This document shows, in pieces, positions 1-7,245 of a DNA stretch of 36,643 nucleotides (the stretch's first letter is position 1; every line of letters starts with the position of its first letter). The notes under the pieces were generated by a model. It was given only the letters and a program-made list of their open reading frames with translations. It was not told the origin of the DNA and did no database searches. The DNA comes from Planctomycetaceae bacterium. Its GTDB lineage: Bacteria > Planctomycetota > Planctomycetia > Planctomycetales > Planctomycetaceae. The stretch spans positions 1-36,643 of the forward strand of contig JBFWWA010000001.1 in assembly GCA_050246455.1 (NCBI GenBank), read 5' to 3'. The translations under genes and the position numbers were made by a program.

Positions 1-734
1 CCTCAGGAGACCTTTTTACGGCAGGGGGCGATGATCCATATCGAGGGGTGTCGCTCGATGTTTTTTCGTCAATCCCCCGAAGGTCCGCGACTGGGTTCAA
101 ACCTCGTAATCGCACGGCTGCGGTTAGACCGGTTGCCAGGTCTCGTCCAGCGTTTTGCATATCACACCGTAATTGGATGTGGGCCCGCTTGGATCAGTCG
201 TCGGCGACAGACGGTGACGTCAACCTCGATCAGCTGGGCCGGGACGCTCACGGCGTTTCCGCGGCCGGGGTTCTCATCACAATGCGCTCGCCGAAGTCCT
301 GACGTGAAAAAGATTCTTCGACTGCTTCAATTATCGAAACGTGAAATGACTGTCGAAACATGAGATGGCGCAGGGAATTACATCATTACGATCGGAGATT
401 CACAAGGTGGACTGCCGGAAATGGTAGACACTTTCGCACTCGTGAGGTAAACACCTCAAACCCGATGCCCCGATGAAACGGATGTGAGTTCCATGAGGAG
501 TCCCACCCAAGGACTTCCACTCCCGGGCGAATACTGACTCCGGCCGCGCTGGGGCAGTGACCTCGTCAGCGCGCGAGCTTAAGTCGAATTTGACGCCGCG
601 AGCCGGGGTGAATTCACTTCCACATGGTCCGGTCCGGTGTTTTGGTTCCGTCTGGGACGACTGCACTTTCAAGGGAATCGGTACAGACGTTCCAGCCGGA
701 ACCCGGAATCGGATGGGGTGTGCCATTCCCCCGC

Positions 735-761
735 TTGCCTTCGAAGTTCCTGTCCTATACT
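735..761 (+). promoter_or_regulatory. Possible sigma70-like promoter upstream of cheX (TTGCCT - 15 nt - TATACT)
   Basis: TTGCCT lies at 735-740 and TATACT at 756-761, about 55 nt upstream of the cheX ATG. The spacer is short, and this is a pattern match only. Confidence 0.2.
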
Positions 762-815
762 CGCAACGTGCCGCGACCGGTGCGGCAGTTTTCCGGTGAG
801 TTCAAGGAACACAAA

Positions 816-1307
816 ATGTCGACGGCGGTTGCACAAAGTTCGGCGATGACGGCGGAATACATCAATCCGGTCATCAGCGCGACACGGACGGTCTTCGAGA
901 CGATGCTCAACTGTACGCCGACACGGACCGGCCTGGCGCTCAAGGACGACCGATCGCCGCTCTACGAGCTGAGCGCCGTCATCGGAATCTCCGGGAAGGC
1001 GGCCGGGACGATCGTCGTGAGCCTGTCGCATCGCGCGGCCCTGCAGGTCCTGAGCCGCATGGTCGGAATCGAAGCGACTTCGATCAACACCGAAGTTTGC
1101 GACGCGGTCGGCGAGCTGACGAACATGATCGCCGGTTCGGCGAAAGCGCAGATGGAGCGGTTGCAGCTGTCGATCAGCATTCCCAACGTCGTATCCGGCA
1201 AAGACCACGAAGTTCACTTCCCGTCGAACGTGCGGCCTATTTGCATTCAATTCGACTCGGAGATCGGGGAATTCGCGATTCTCGTTGGCTTCAGCGGGCT
1301 GAATTGA
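816..1307 (+). CDS. cheX: CheX/CheC-family chemotaxis protein (CheY-P phosphatase-like)
   Basis: ORF 624..1307 was trimmed to the ATG at 816 (MSTAVAQ...). The translation carries DAVGELTNMIAG, which fits the D-x3-E-x2-N motif of CheC/CheX phosphatases, with a Pro about 20 residues later. The gene sits directly upstream of a CheY gene. Confidence 0.75.
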   Translation: MSTAVAQSSAMTAEYINPVISATRTVFETMLNCTPTRTGLALKDDRSPLYELSAVIGISGKAAGTIVVSLSHRAALQVLSRMVGIEATSINTEVCDAVGELTNMIAGSAKAQMERLQLSISIPNVVSGKDHEVHFPSNVRPICIQFDSEIGEFAILVGFSGLN

Positions 1308-1332
1308 TTCTTACATTGCGGAGAACATTGCG

Positions 1333-1698
1333 ATGAAAGTGCTTCTGGTTGACGATTCGGGCACGATGCGCACGATTCAAAAGCGTTGTCTCAATAAACT
1401 GGGCGTCGAGGACGTCGTCGAGGCGGAAGATGGATGCAACGCTCTTGAGCATTTCGGCAAGCAGTCGTTCGATATCATCCTCAGCGACTGGAACATGCCG
1501 AACATGGACGGCCTCGCGTTCCTCCAGGAAGTCCGCAAGCAGAACACGCAGATTCCGTTCATCATGATCACCACCGAAGCGGAACGGGCCCGCGTGCTCG
1601 CCGCCATTCAGGCCGGCTGCTCCGACTACCTGGTCAAGCCGTTTACGCCCGATGCGCTTCGCGACAAGCTTGAGAAGTGGATTGGCTGCAACATCTGA
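1333..1698 (+). CDS. cheY: CheY-like single-domain response regulator
   Basis: This is a 121-aa REC domain. It has the acidic pair VDDSG, the phospho-acceptor context DIILSDWNMPNMDG, the conserved T in MITTE, and the K in LVKPF. GGAGAA lies 7 nt upstream of the ATG. Confidence 0.9.
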   Translation: MKVLLVDDSGTMRTIQKRCLNKLGVEDVVEAEDGCNALEHFGKQSFDIILSDWNMPNMDGLAFLQEVRKQNTQIPFIMITTEAERARVLAAIQAGCSDYLVKPFTPDALRDKLEKWIGCNI

Positions 1699-1722
1699 AC
1701 CTCGCACGGATGAGCTTCCGCA

Positions 1723-3684
1723 ATGGTTGATCCCCAGAAAATCTGGAATTCATCGCAGCTCCCGACGTTGCCGACCGTCGCGGTCCGCCTGCTTGATCTT
1801 TCCCGGGATCCCGAAGCGGAAATCCGCGACGTCATTGAAGTCCTCAAGAGCGATCCGGCGCTCTCCGCGAAGATTCTGAAATCGACGAACTCGTCCTTCT
1901 TCGGATTCAAATCGCAGGTCACGTCGATCGATCGCGCTGTTCCGCTCCTGGGAACCACGGTCGTCACTTCGCTCGCGCTCAGCTTCTCGCTCGTGGAAGC
2001 GGCCATGACCACCGGGCCGATGGCCGGGCACTACAACAGCTACTGGAAGCAGTCGATCGTTCAGGCCTCCGCCGCCGAGATTCTCTCGAAGTACAGCGGC
2101 AAGGGGCTCGAGTGCGAATTCTTCCTCGCCGGGCTCCTCGCCGACCTTGGACGCCTGGCGATGCTCAAGACCGTCCCGCGCGATTACCAGCCGGTCATCG
2201 AGGCGGCCAATCAGGAACAAGGTCCGCTCATCGAGTTCGAGACCAGGATGCTCGGCGTCAATCACGTCGAGATCGGCTCGAAGCTGATGGAAAACTGGAA
2301 GCTGCCGGCCGCACTGGTACAAGCGGTCCGGATGCATCACGCCGACCTCGCGGAGTTCGCCGCACTGGAGAGCACGGGCGAGTACGGACTGGTGCGAACG
2401 GTGGCCCTCGCGGCCGCAGCCGGCGAATACTTCTGCACAACGAACAAAGGCCAGGCGCTCGACCGACTGCAGAAACTCGGAGCCGAATTCTTCGACTTCT
2501 GCCCGCAGGAGACCGAAGAGTTCCTCGCGAACACGCGGTCGCGCATGGAACAGGCGGGAGACCTCTTCGCCGTCAATTTCGACGAACTCGGCGAGCCGAG
2601 CGAACTGATGGCCATGGCCAACGAACAGCTGGCGCAGCTTGCATTGCGCGAGCACGTCGCCAGCACGCAGGCTGTCGCCCAGCGCGAGGTCGCGGAGCGG
2701 GAAAACATCGAGCTGGCTTCGAAGAACGTGCAGCTCCAGAGGCAGGCGCTCCATGATCCGCTGACGCTTGTTTACAACCGCCATTTCTTCGACGAAGCGC
2801 TCGCGACCGCGGTCCATGCCTGCAGTCGCTCTTCCGAAGCGATCGGAATCGTCTTTGCCGACATCGACAAGTTCAAAACGCTCAACGATACCTACGGCCA
2901 CCCGTTCGGCGACCAGGTGCTGCAGCAGGTCGCCGCGGCTTACTCGGAAACCGTTCGCAAGTCGGACATTGTCGCACGCTACGGAGGCGAGGAGTTCGTC
3001 GTCGTCGTGCGCCAGCCGACCGAAAAGGGACTTCAGAAACTGGCCGAGAGACTCCGGGAACGGGTCGAATCGCTCGAAATCTTCTTCGGCGAGACGCGTG
3101 TTCCTGTAACGATCAGCGTCGGCGCCGCCATCGGAATTCCGGAGCGGAAAGCAACCGATTTCGGCAGCCAGCTGATTGCTGCGGCCGATGAATCGATGTA
3201 TCAGGCGAAGCAAGGGGGCCGCAACCAGGTTCGCTTCAAGTCGCTTCTCAACGAGGGCGAACGACGCCTGGCGCAGCTTTCGCTCGAATACCGTTTCAGT
3301 CGCTGGCTCGTGAAGCGGGGTTACTTCGATATCGCCGCCGTTTCCAAAGCGGTGCTCAACTGCCAGCCGCCGCGGCTTCGCATTGGCGAAATCGCGCAGC
3401 AGCAAGGTCTGCTCAACCAGCCGCAGATCAGCCGGATTCGGCAGATTCAACAGCAGACCGGCGATCGCTTCGGCCAGATCGCAATGCAGCAGGGCTACAT
3501 CTCGGAAGATCAGCTCGCGGTGCTCCTGGCACAGCAGTCCGAGGATCCGGTGCTCCTCAGCCGCGCACTCGTCTCGGTCGATCTGACGACAGCCGACATT
3601 GCCTCGGTGATGCTCAACCAGTATTTCGCGGAAACCGGATCGCAGGCCGTGACGCCGGTTGTCCCGCAAGTCGCATCCGTCTGA
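1723..3684 (+). CDS. HDOD domain - GGDEF diguanylate cyclase with C-terminal MshEN/T2SSE_N-like repeat region
   Basis: The N-terminus matches an HDOD pattern (LPTLPTVAVRLLDLSRDPEAEIRDVIEVLKSDPALSAKILKSTNSSFFGF). A coiled coil follows. The GGDEF domain has DKFKTLNDTYGHPFGD and GGEEF (2983-2997), with an RxxD I-site (RKSD, 2956-2967) five residues upstream. The C-terminal roughly 130 aa carry RxGxxxxxxG-type 24-residue motifs. Confidence 0.9.
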   Translation: MVDPQKIWNSSQLPTLPTVAVRLLDLSRDPEAEIRDVIEVLKSDPALSAKILKSTNSSFFGFKSQVTSIDRAVPLLGTTVVTSLALSFSLVEAAMTTGPMAGHYNSYWKQSIVQASAAEILSKYSGKGLECEFFLAGLLADLGRLAMLKTVPRDYQPVIEAANQEQGPLIEFETRMLGVNHVEIGSKLMENWKLPAALVQAVRMHHADLAEFAALESTGEYGLVRTVALAAAAGEYFCTTNKGQALDRLQKLGAEFFDFCPQETEEFLANTRSRMEQAGDLFAVNFDELGEPSELMAMANEQLAQLALREHVASTQAVAQREVAERENIELASKNVQLQRQALHDPLTLVYNRHFFDEALATAVHACSRSSEAIGIVFADIDKFKTLNDTYGHPFGDQVLQQVAAAYSETVRKSDIVARYGGEEFVVVVRQPTEKGLQKLAERLRERVESLEIFFGETRVPVTISVGAAIGIPERKATDFGSQLIAAADESMYQAKQGGRNQVRFKSLLNEGERRLAQLSLEYRFSRWLVKRGYFDIAAVSKAVLNCQPPRLRIGEIAQQQGLLNQPQISRIRQIQQQTGDRFGQIAMQQGYISEDQLAVLLAQQSEDPVLLSRALVSVDLTTADIASVMLNQYFAETGSQAVTPVVPQVASV

Positions 3685-3706
3685 TCAAGACGCGGTGAAC
3701 GACCCG

Positions 3707-3737
3707 AAGCACAGACATTCCTGTCTGTGCTTTTTTC
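3707..3737 (+). terminator. Rho-independent terminator built from a REP-like palindrome
   Basis: AAGCACAGAC-ATTCCT-GTCTGTGCTT forms a stem-loop (core 3709-3730). It is followed by T6 (3731-3736), 23 nt after the GGDEF gene stop. Confidence 0.8.
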
Positions 3738-3871
3738 ATTTGCCCTCTGCGCCCGGGGAGGTCGGCCGGCTTGATGCGATGCGACGGCGGTGATTGTGTC
3801 GCAATTTCGGCTCCGATACTCTGGACGCGTGTGCGTCGTTCCTTGAAACCGTGTCTGGTGGAGTGGTCGTG

Positions 3872-4633
3872 ATGTCGAGCCGGGATTTTGCGGGGCGGAA
3901 CGTGCTGATTACCGGAGGGACGCGCGGGATCGGCCGCGCGACAGCCAAACGTCTGGCGGAAGAGGGGGCCCGCGTCACAGTGAATTACCTTTCGCGGAAA
4001 GCGGAAGCCGATTCGCTCATCGCCGAAATTCACGACGCGGGAGGAAAGTGCGCGGCGGTGAGCGGCGACGTCTCGCAGCCCGAGGATGCGCAGCGGATTG
4101 TCGGTGCGGCGCGCGAGGCCTTCGGGCCGATCGACATGCTGGTGCACTGCGCAGCGTACAGCGTCGTCGAGCCCGCGACGGACGTGACGTGGGAGTCGTG
4201 GAAGAAGACGATGAACGTCAATCTCGACGGCACCTACAACATGGTCTACGCGGTGAAGGATGAAATGATCGCCCGCAAGTTCGGGCGGATCGTCACCATC
4301 TCGTCCATTGCCGCGCTGCGCGAACGCGAGAACCAGGTGCATTATTCGTCGTCGAAGGCGGCGGTGATCGCCTTCACGCGCTGCGTTGCCCAAGCCTGGG
4401 CGAAGCACAACATCCGCGTCAACTGCATGTGCCCCGGACTCGTCGAGACGGAAATGGCCCACGTCCTTTCCGATGAAGCGCACAAGAACATCATTGCGCA
4501 GACGCCGATGGGACGCATCGGCCAGCCGGAAGAGATCGCATCGGTCATCCGCTTCCTGTTGAGCGACGAGTCAAGCTTCATGACCGGCCAGACAGTCGTC
4601 GCCAGCGGCGGCCGCGTGATGCTGCCAGGGTGA
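3872..4633 (+). CDS. Short-chain dehydrogenase/reductase (FabG-like 3-oxoacyl reductase family)
   Basis: ORF 3794..4633 was trimmed to the ATG at 3872 (MSSRDFAGRNVLITGG...). It has the TGGTRGIG cofactor motif, the YSSSK (YxxxK) catalytic motif, and PGLVETEM, all typical of classical SDRs. Confidence 0.85.
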   Translation: MSSRDFAGRNVLITGGTRGIGRATAKRLAEEGARVTVNYLSRKAEADSLIAEIHDAGGKCAAVSGDVSQPEDAQRIVGAAREAFGPIDMLVHCAAYSVVEPATDVTWESWKKTMNVNLDGTYNMVYAVKDEMIARKFGRIVTISSIAALRERENQVHYSSSKAAVIAFTRCVAQAWAKHNIRVNCMCPGLVETEMAHVLSDEAHKNIIAQTPMGRIGQPEEIASVIRFLLSDESSFMTGQTVVASGGRVMLPG

Positions 4634-4637
4634 GGAA

Positions 4638-4721
4638 GCGAGGGGTTAGGATTTAGGACGTAGGGGCTAGGATCTAGGAAGTCGGGGTTAGGGAAATCCA
4701 AGCCGACGGCTTCGCCGTCGG
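4638..4721 (+). repeat. Phased 7-nt (TAGG-type) array followed by a CCGACGGC hairpin
   Basis: AGG recurs every 7 nt at 4641, 4648, 4655, 4662, 4669, 4676 and 4690, with CGG at 4683. TAG occurs at 4647, 4654, 4661, 4668, 4675 and 4689. The hairpin CCGACGGC-TTC-GCCGTCGG follows at 4703-4721. Confidence 0.85.
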
Positions 4722-4782
4722 ACCGAGTTCCGGGTCTCGACTGGAACCGGACCGGTCGACCAGACGCGAAGGGGCGTAAGCC

Positions 4783-5103
4783 ATGCAAATTCGTCGAGTT
4801 GGTGTTCTGTCTCTCGCAAAAGTGACGGCGCTCATCTACGCGGCATTGGGAGTTTTCATCGGAATCTTTGTGGCAGCAGCCAGTGTGATTGGTGAGGAGA
4901 AAGGGACGCCGCAGATTTTTTTCGGGTTCGGTGCAATCATCGCGGCGCCGCTTTTTTACGGTGGCGGCGGATTTGTTAGCGGATTACTTCTGGGATCGCT
5001 TTACAACGTGGTATCGAGCATCGCGGGTGGAATCGAAATCGAACTGAGCGGCTCGTCGCAGCACGTTTCGCAGGATGGAACCGACGGCAGGCCGTCGGCT
5101 TGA
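4783..5103 (+). CDS. Small two-TM membrane protein (hypothetical)
   Basis: The 106-aa ORF has two hydrophobic segments (VTALIYAALGVFIGIFVAAASVI and FGFGAIIAAPLFYGGGGFVSGLLLGSL). AAGGGG lies upstream of the ATG. GC3 is about 58% by hand count, lower than in the neighbours. The last 7 codons are encoded by a repeat hairpin. Confidence 0.55.
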   Translation: MQIRRVGVLSLAKVTALIYAALGVFIGIFVAAASVIGEEKGTPQIFFGFGAIIAAPLFYGGGGFVSGLLLGSLYNVVSSIAGGIEIELSGSSQHVSQDGTDGRPSA

Positions 5104-5152
5104 GTTTCCTCCCTATCCCCTGCCTCCTGATTCCTACCTCCTCATTTCCTCC
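5081..5152 (-). repeat. Inverted copy of the hairpin + 7-nt array module
   Basis: The hairpin CCGACGGC-AG-GCCGTCGG lies at 5081-5098. CCT then recurs in 7-nt phase at 5112, 5119, 5126, 5133 and 5140, which gives AGG heptads on the minus strand. Confidence 0.8.
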
Positions 5153-5165
5153 CCCACAAACGGAG

Positions 5166-5202
5166 TGTGCCCGGGAGAAAGCGTTGCTCTCTCCCGGGCA
5201 CA
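5166..5202. other. 12-bp GC-rich stem-loop (possible terminator/insulator)
   Basis: GTGCCCGGGAGA (5167-5178) pairs with TCTCCCGGGCAC (5190-5201) around an 11-nt loop. No adjacent T-tract is present. Confidence 0.35.
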
Positions 5203-5393
5203 TGACCTCACGTTCTTTTGCCGAGCATGTATTTGAGCGTATTGCCGGAATCGGCCAACGACTCAGTGTTTTTTGCTTCTCGGCAGCGGGAAACGCGTTT
5301 GAGGTGTTTCAACGGTGGTGAGCCGGAGTTTCGACGTCGCTGGGTGACGACCGTCGTTTTGCTTCAGTTCAGAGGTCCGTCGAAGATTCCGTG

Positions 5394-5422
5394 ACGAGCC
5401 GGCCGCAACCCGGCCGGCTCGT
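5394..5422 (-). terminator. Stem-loop downstream of the Cys-rich protein gene
   Basis: ACGAGCCGGCC (5394-5404) pairs with GGCCGGCTCGT (5412-5422), about 20 nt after the minus-strand stop at 5443-5445. The U-tract is weak. Confidence 0.45.
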
Positions 5423-5442
5423 GTCTCCATGATCCGACAGGA

Positions 5443-5976
5443 TTAGCCACCGCATCCGCAAGACGGAGCCGGCGCACAGCAGCTCGGCTGGCAGCAGTCG
5501 TTGTGGCGGTGCTTGTTGAGGAAGCGCTTGATGAAGCACTCCTTCTTGCAGCCACAGCTCTGCTGTTCGCAGCAGCTCTGCTGGCAGCAGCCGTTGTTGC
5601 GGTGACGGTGCAGAAGGCGCTTGAGGAAGCATTCCTTCTTGCAGCCACAGCTCTGCTCGCAGCAGGTCGGGGCCGGAGCGCAGCACGACGGAGCAGCCGG
5701 CGCACAGCACGAAGGAGCAGCCGGAGCGGCACAGGTCGGAGCAGCCGGCGCACAGCACGAAGGAGCAGCCGGAGCCGCACAGGTCGGAGCAGGCGCACAG
5801 CAGGAAGGAGCCGGAGCGCAGCAAGACGGGGCCGGCGCACAGCACGAAGGCTCAGGCGCACAGCAGCTCTTCTCGCAGCAGCTCTTCTTGTGGAGGCAGC
5901 CGAACAGGCCGGCGTCAGCCGAATTCACGGTGGCGCTACACAGAACGAGCGCCGCGGTCAAAGAAAGCCATTTCAT
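5443..5976 (-). CDS. Secreted Cys/Pro-rich repeat protein (CCAPAPS repeats)
   Basis: ORF 5443..6024 was trimmed to the ATG at 5976, which has GAGGAGAA upstream. The signal peptide is MKWLSLTAALVLCSATVNSADA. The mature region contains about 37 Cys in about 156 aa, with SCCAPAP(S/T) repeats and a duplicated SCGCKKECF(L/I)KR(L/F)L..HR.N.CCQ.SCC block. Confidence 0.7.
   Translation of the reverse strand: MKWLSLTAALVLCSATVNSADAGLFGCLHKKSCCEKSCCAPEPSCCAPAPSCCAPAPSCCAPAPTCAAPAAPSCCAPAAPTCAAPAAPSCCAPAAPSCCAPAPTCCEQSCGCKKECFLKRLLHRHRNNGCCQQSCCEQQSCGCKKECFIKRFLNKHRHNDCCQPSCCAPAPSCGCGG
5691..5786. repeat. Tandem 48-nt direct repeat inside the Cys-rich gene
   Basis: GAGCAGCCGGCGCACAGCACGAAGGAGCAGCCGGAGC(G/C)GCACAGGTCG occurs at 5691-5738 and 5739-5786 with one mismatch. 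Degenerate copies flank both sides. A second duplication with a 93-nt period is marked by GCGCTTGA at 5524 and 5617. Confidence 0.85.
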
Positions 5977-6257
5977 CTCAATTCTCCTCGTTGACGTTGA
6001 TTCCGGGGGAAGAACGTGAGTCACTCCGGCTGGTTACCACCGGTCTGTACCGGCGATGAGCGCGAGTTTGACTTCACTGGGTACTTTGGGTAACGCTGAG
6101 AAGATTTTCGACATTGGCAAACTGAAAGTCTCAAATAAATTGCTCCGGACCTATTGCCGAGCCTGAAGTCAGGGGATGGTAGCGGACGTGACGGTTATCA
6201 GGCAGACTGATGACCACCGATCGTTCCGTTCAAAGCACGTGAGGATATGCAGTTACG

Positions 6258-7133
6258 ATGACAGCGGCGCTTCAGATTCTCGCGGTGGCGGCAGTCGTAT
6301 CGACGCTGCCGGTCGTGATCCGGGCGCGCTCTGCGGTGCGACACACAACACTGACGACCGCGTGGACCTGGAGCCTGGCTGCACTCATCGCCTGGTGCGC
6401 CGCGGCCCTCCTGTTCCTCGGGGCGAAGCTGGCGAATCATCCCCTCGCCGACCAGGCCTGGTATTTCGTGTCCGTCATTTCCCTTTGCCCGCCCGTCGCC
6501 GTCCTCGGAGCGAAGCGCCCCGGCTCGCGCGTCTGGAACTTCTTCGTGCTCCTCCCGCTCCTGTTCGTCCTCGGCTCACCCGCCGTGACCGCATGGAACT
6601 CCGATCTGACGGTCACTCCCCTTTCCATCGAAACGCCGTGGCTCATCGGGCATGGGCTTGTCATTGTGATGGGGCTCGGGAACTACCTCGGAACCCGCTT
6701 CACCCTGGCTGCTCTTCTGGCTGCGGTCGCGATGATTCTGTTGCTCGTTCCGGTTGGCGGAGCGGGAGGCGACGCGGCATCACTCCGTTCGATCGCCCTC
6801 CTGCTGTTGAGCGCCGCAATCTGGTCGGCGCGCTTCGCGGCCCGCGGCCAGTCGCACCCCGCCGGGTTCGACCGGGTCTGGAACGACTTCCGGGACCAGT
6901 TCGGAATCGTCTGGGCCAGGCGCGTTCAGGAACGGCTCAACGACACCGGCCGCAAGGAAAAGTGGCCCTGCCGACTCGAACTCAGCGGATTTCATTGGAA
7001 CGAACCGCTCGACCCCTCCGCCGGGGAGACGGCGAATCCGCAGATCGCCCATGCGCTCCGCTGGATTCTCCGCCGCTTCGTCGATCCGGAATGGATCGAC
7101 GCCAGAATCCGATCTGATTCCGGGGTTGGATAA
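6258..7133 (+). CDS. Polytopic integral membrane protein (hypothetical)
   Basis: The 291-aa ORF has about 6-7 hydrophobic helices followed by a soluble C-terminal tail (FDRVWNDFRDQFGIVWARRVQERL...). It has high GC3 and lies just upstream of the GAF-PP2C gene on the same strand. Confidence 0.7.
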   Translation: MTAALQILAVAAVVSTLPVVIRARSAVRHTTLTTAWTWSLAALIAWCAAALLFLGAKLANHPLADQAWYFVSVISLCPPVAVLGAKRPGSRVWNFFVLLPLLFVLGSPAVTAWNSDLTVTPLSIETPWLIGHGLVIVMGLGNYLGTRFTLAALLAAVAMILLLVPVGGAGGDAASLRSIALLLLSAAIWSARFAARGQSHPAGFDRVWNDFRDQFGIVWARRVQERLNDTGRKEKWPCRLELSGFHWNEPLDPSAGETANPQIAHALRWILRRFVDPEWIDARIRSDSGVG

Positions 7134-7245
7134 TCAGCACTCGAACGGCTATTTTGGACGAGTCGGCTTTTTCGACGGACGTCGTTCGACAACCTCATCC
7201 GGCCGACCGCACTTCACGCGTTTCACTTCGCGGGACGGGCCAACG

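Noticed and set aside
80-125. tRNA-like T-loop sequence GGGTTCAAACC
   Set aside because: The flanking bases do not form a T-stem, an acceptor stem or an anticodon arm on either strand.
1750-3669. 639-aa minus-strand ORF antisense to the HDOD-GGDEF gene
   Set aside because: The translation is Arg/Leu/Glu-rich with no motifs, and it mirrors a gene with clear domains. This is a typical high-GC antisense shadow ORF.
3614-4483. 289-aa minus-strand ORF antisense to the FabG-like SDR
   Set aside because: It is a shadow ORF that runs through the REP terminator at 3709-3730. The plus-strand frame has canonical SDR motifs.
5364-6019. Four alternative-frame ORFs over the Cys-rich repeat (5364..5861, 5369..5845, 5503..5994, 5621..6019)
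   Set aside because: They are low-complexity Ala/Arg translations of the same repeat DNA. Only the 5443..5976 frame has a signal peptide, a strong RBS and a terminator.
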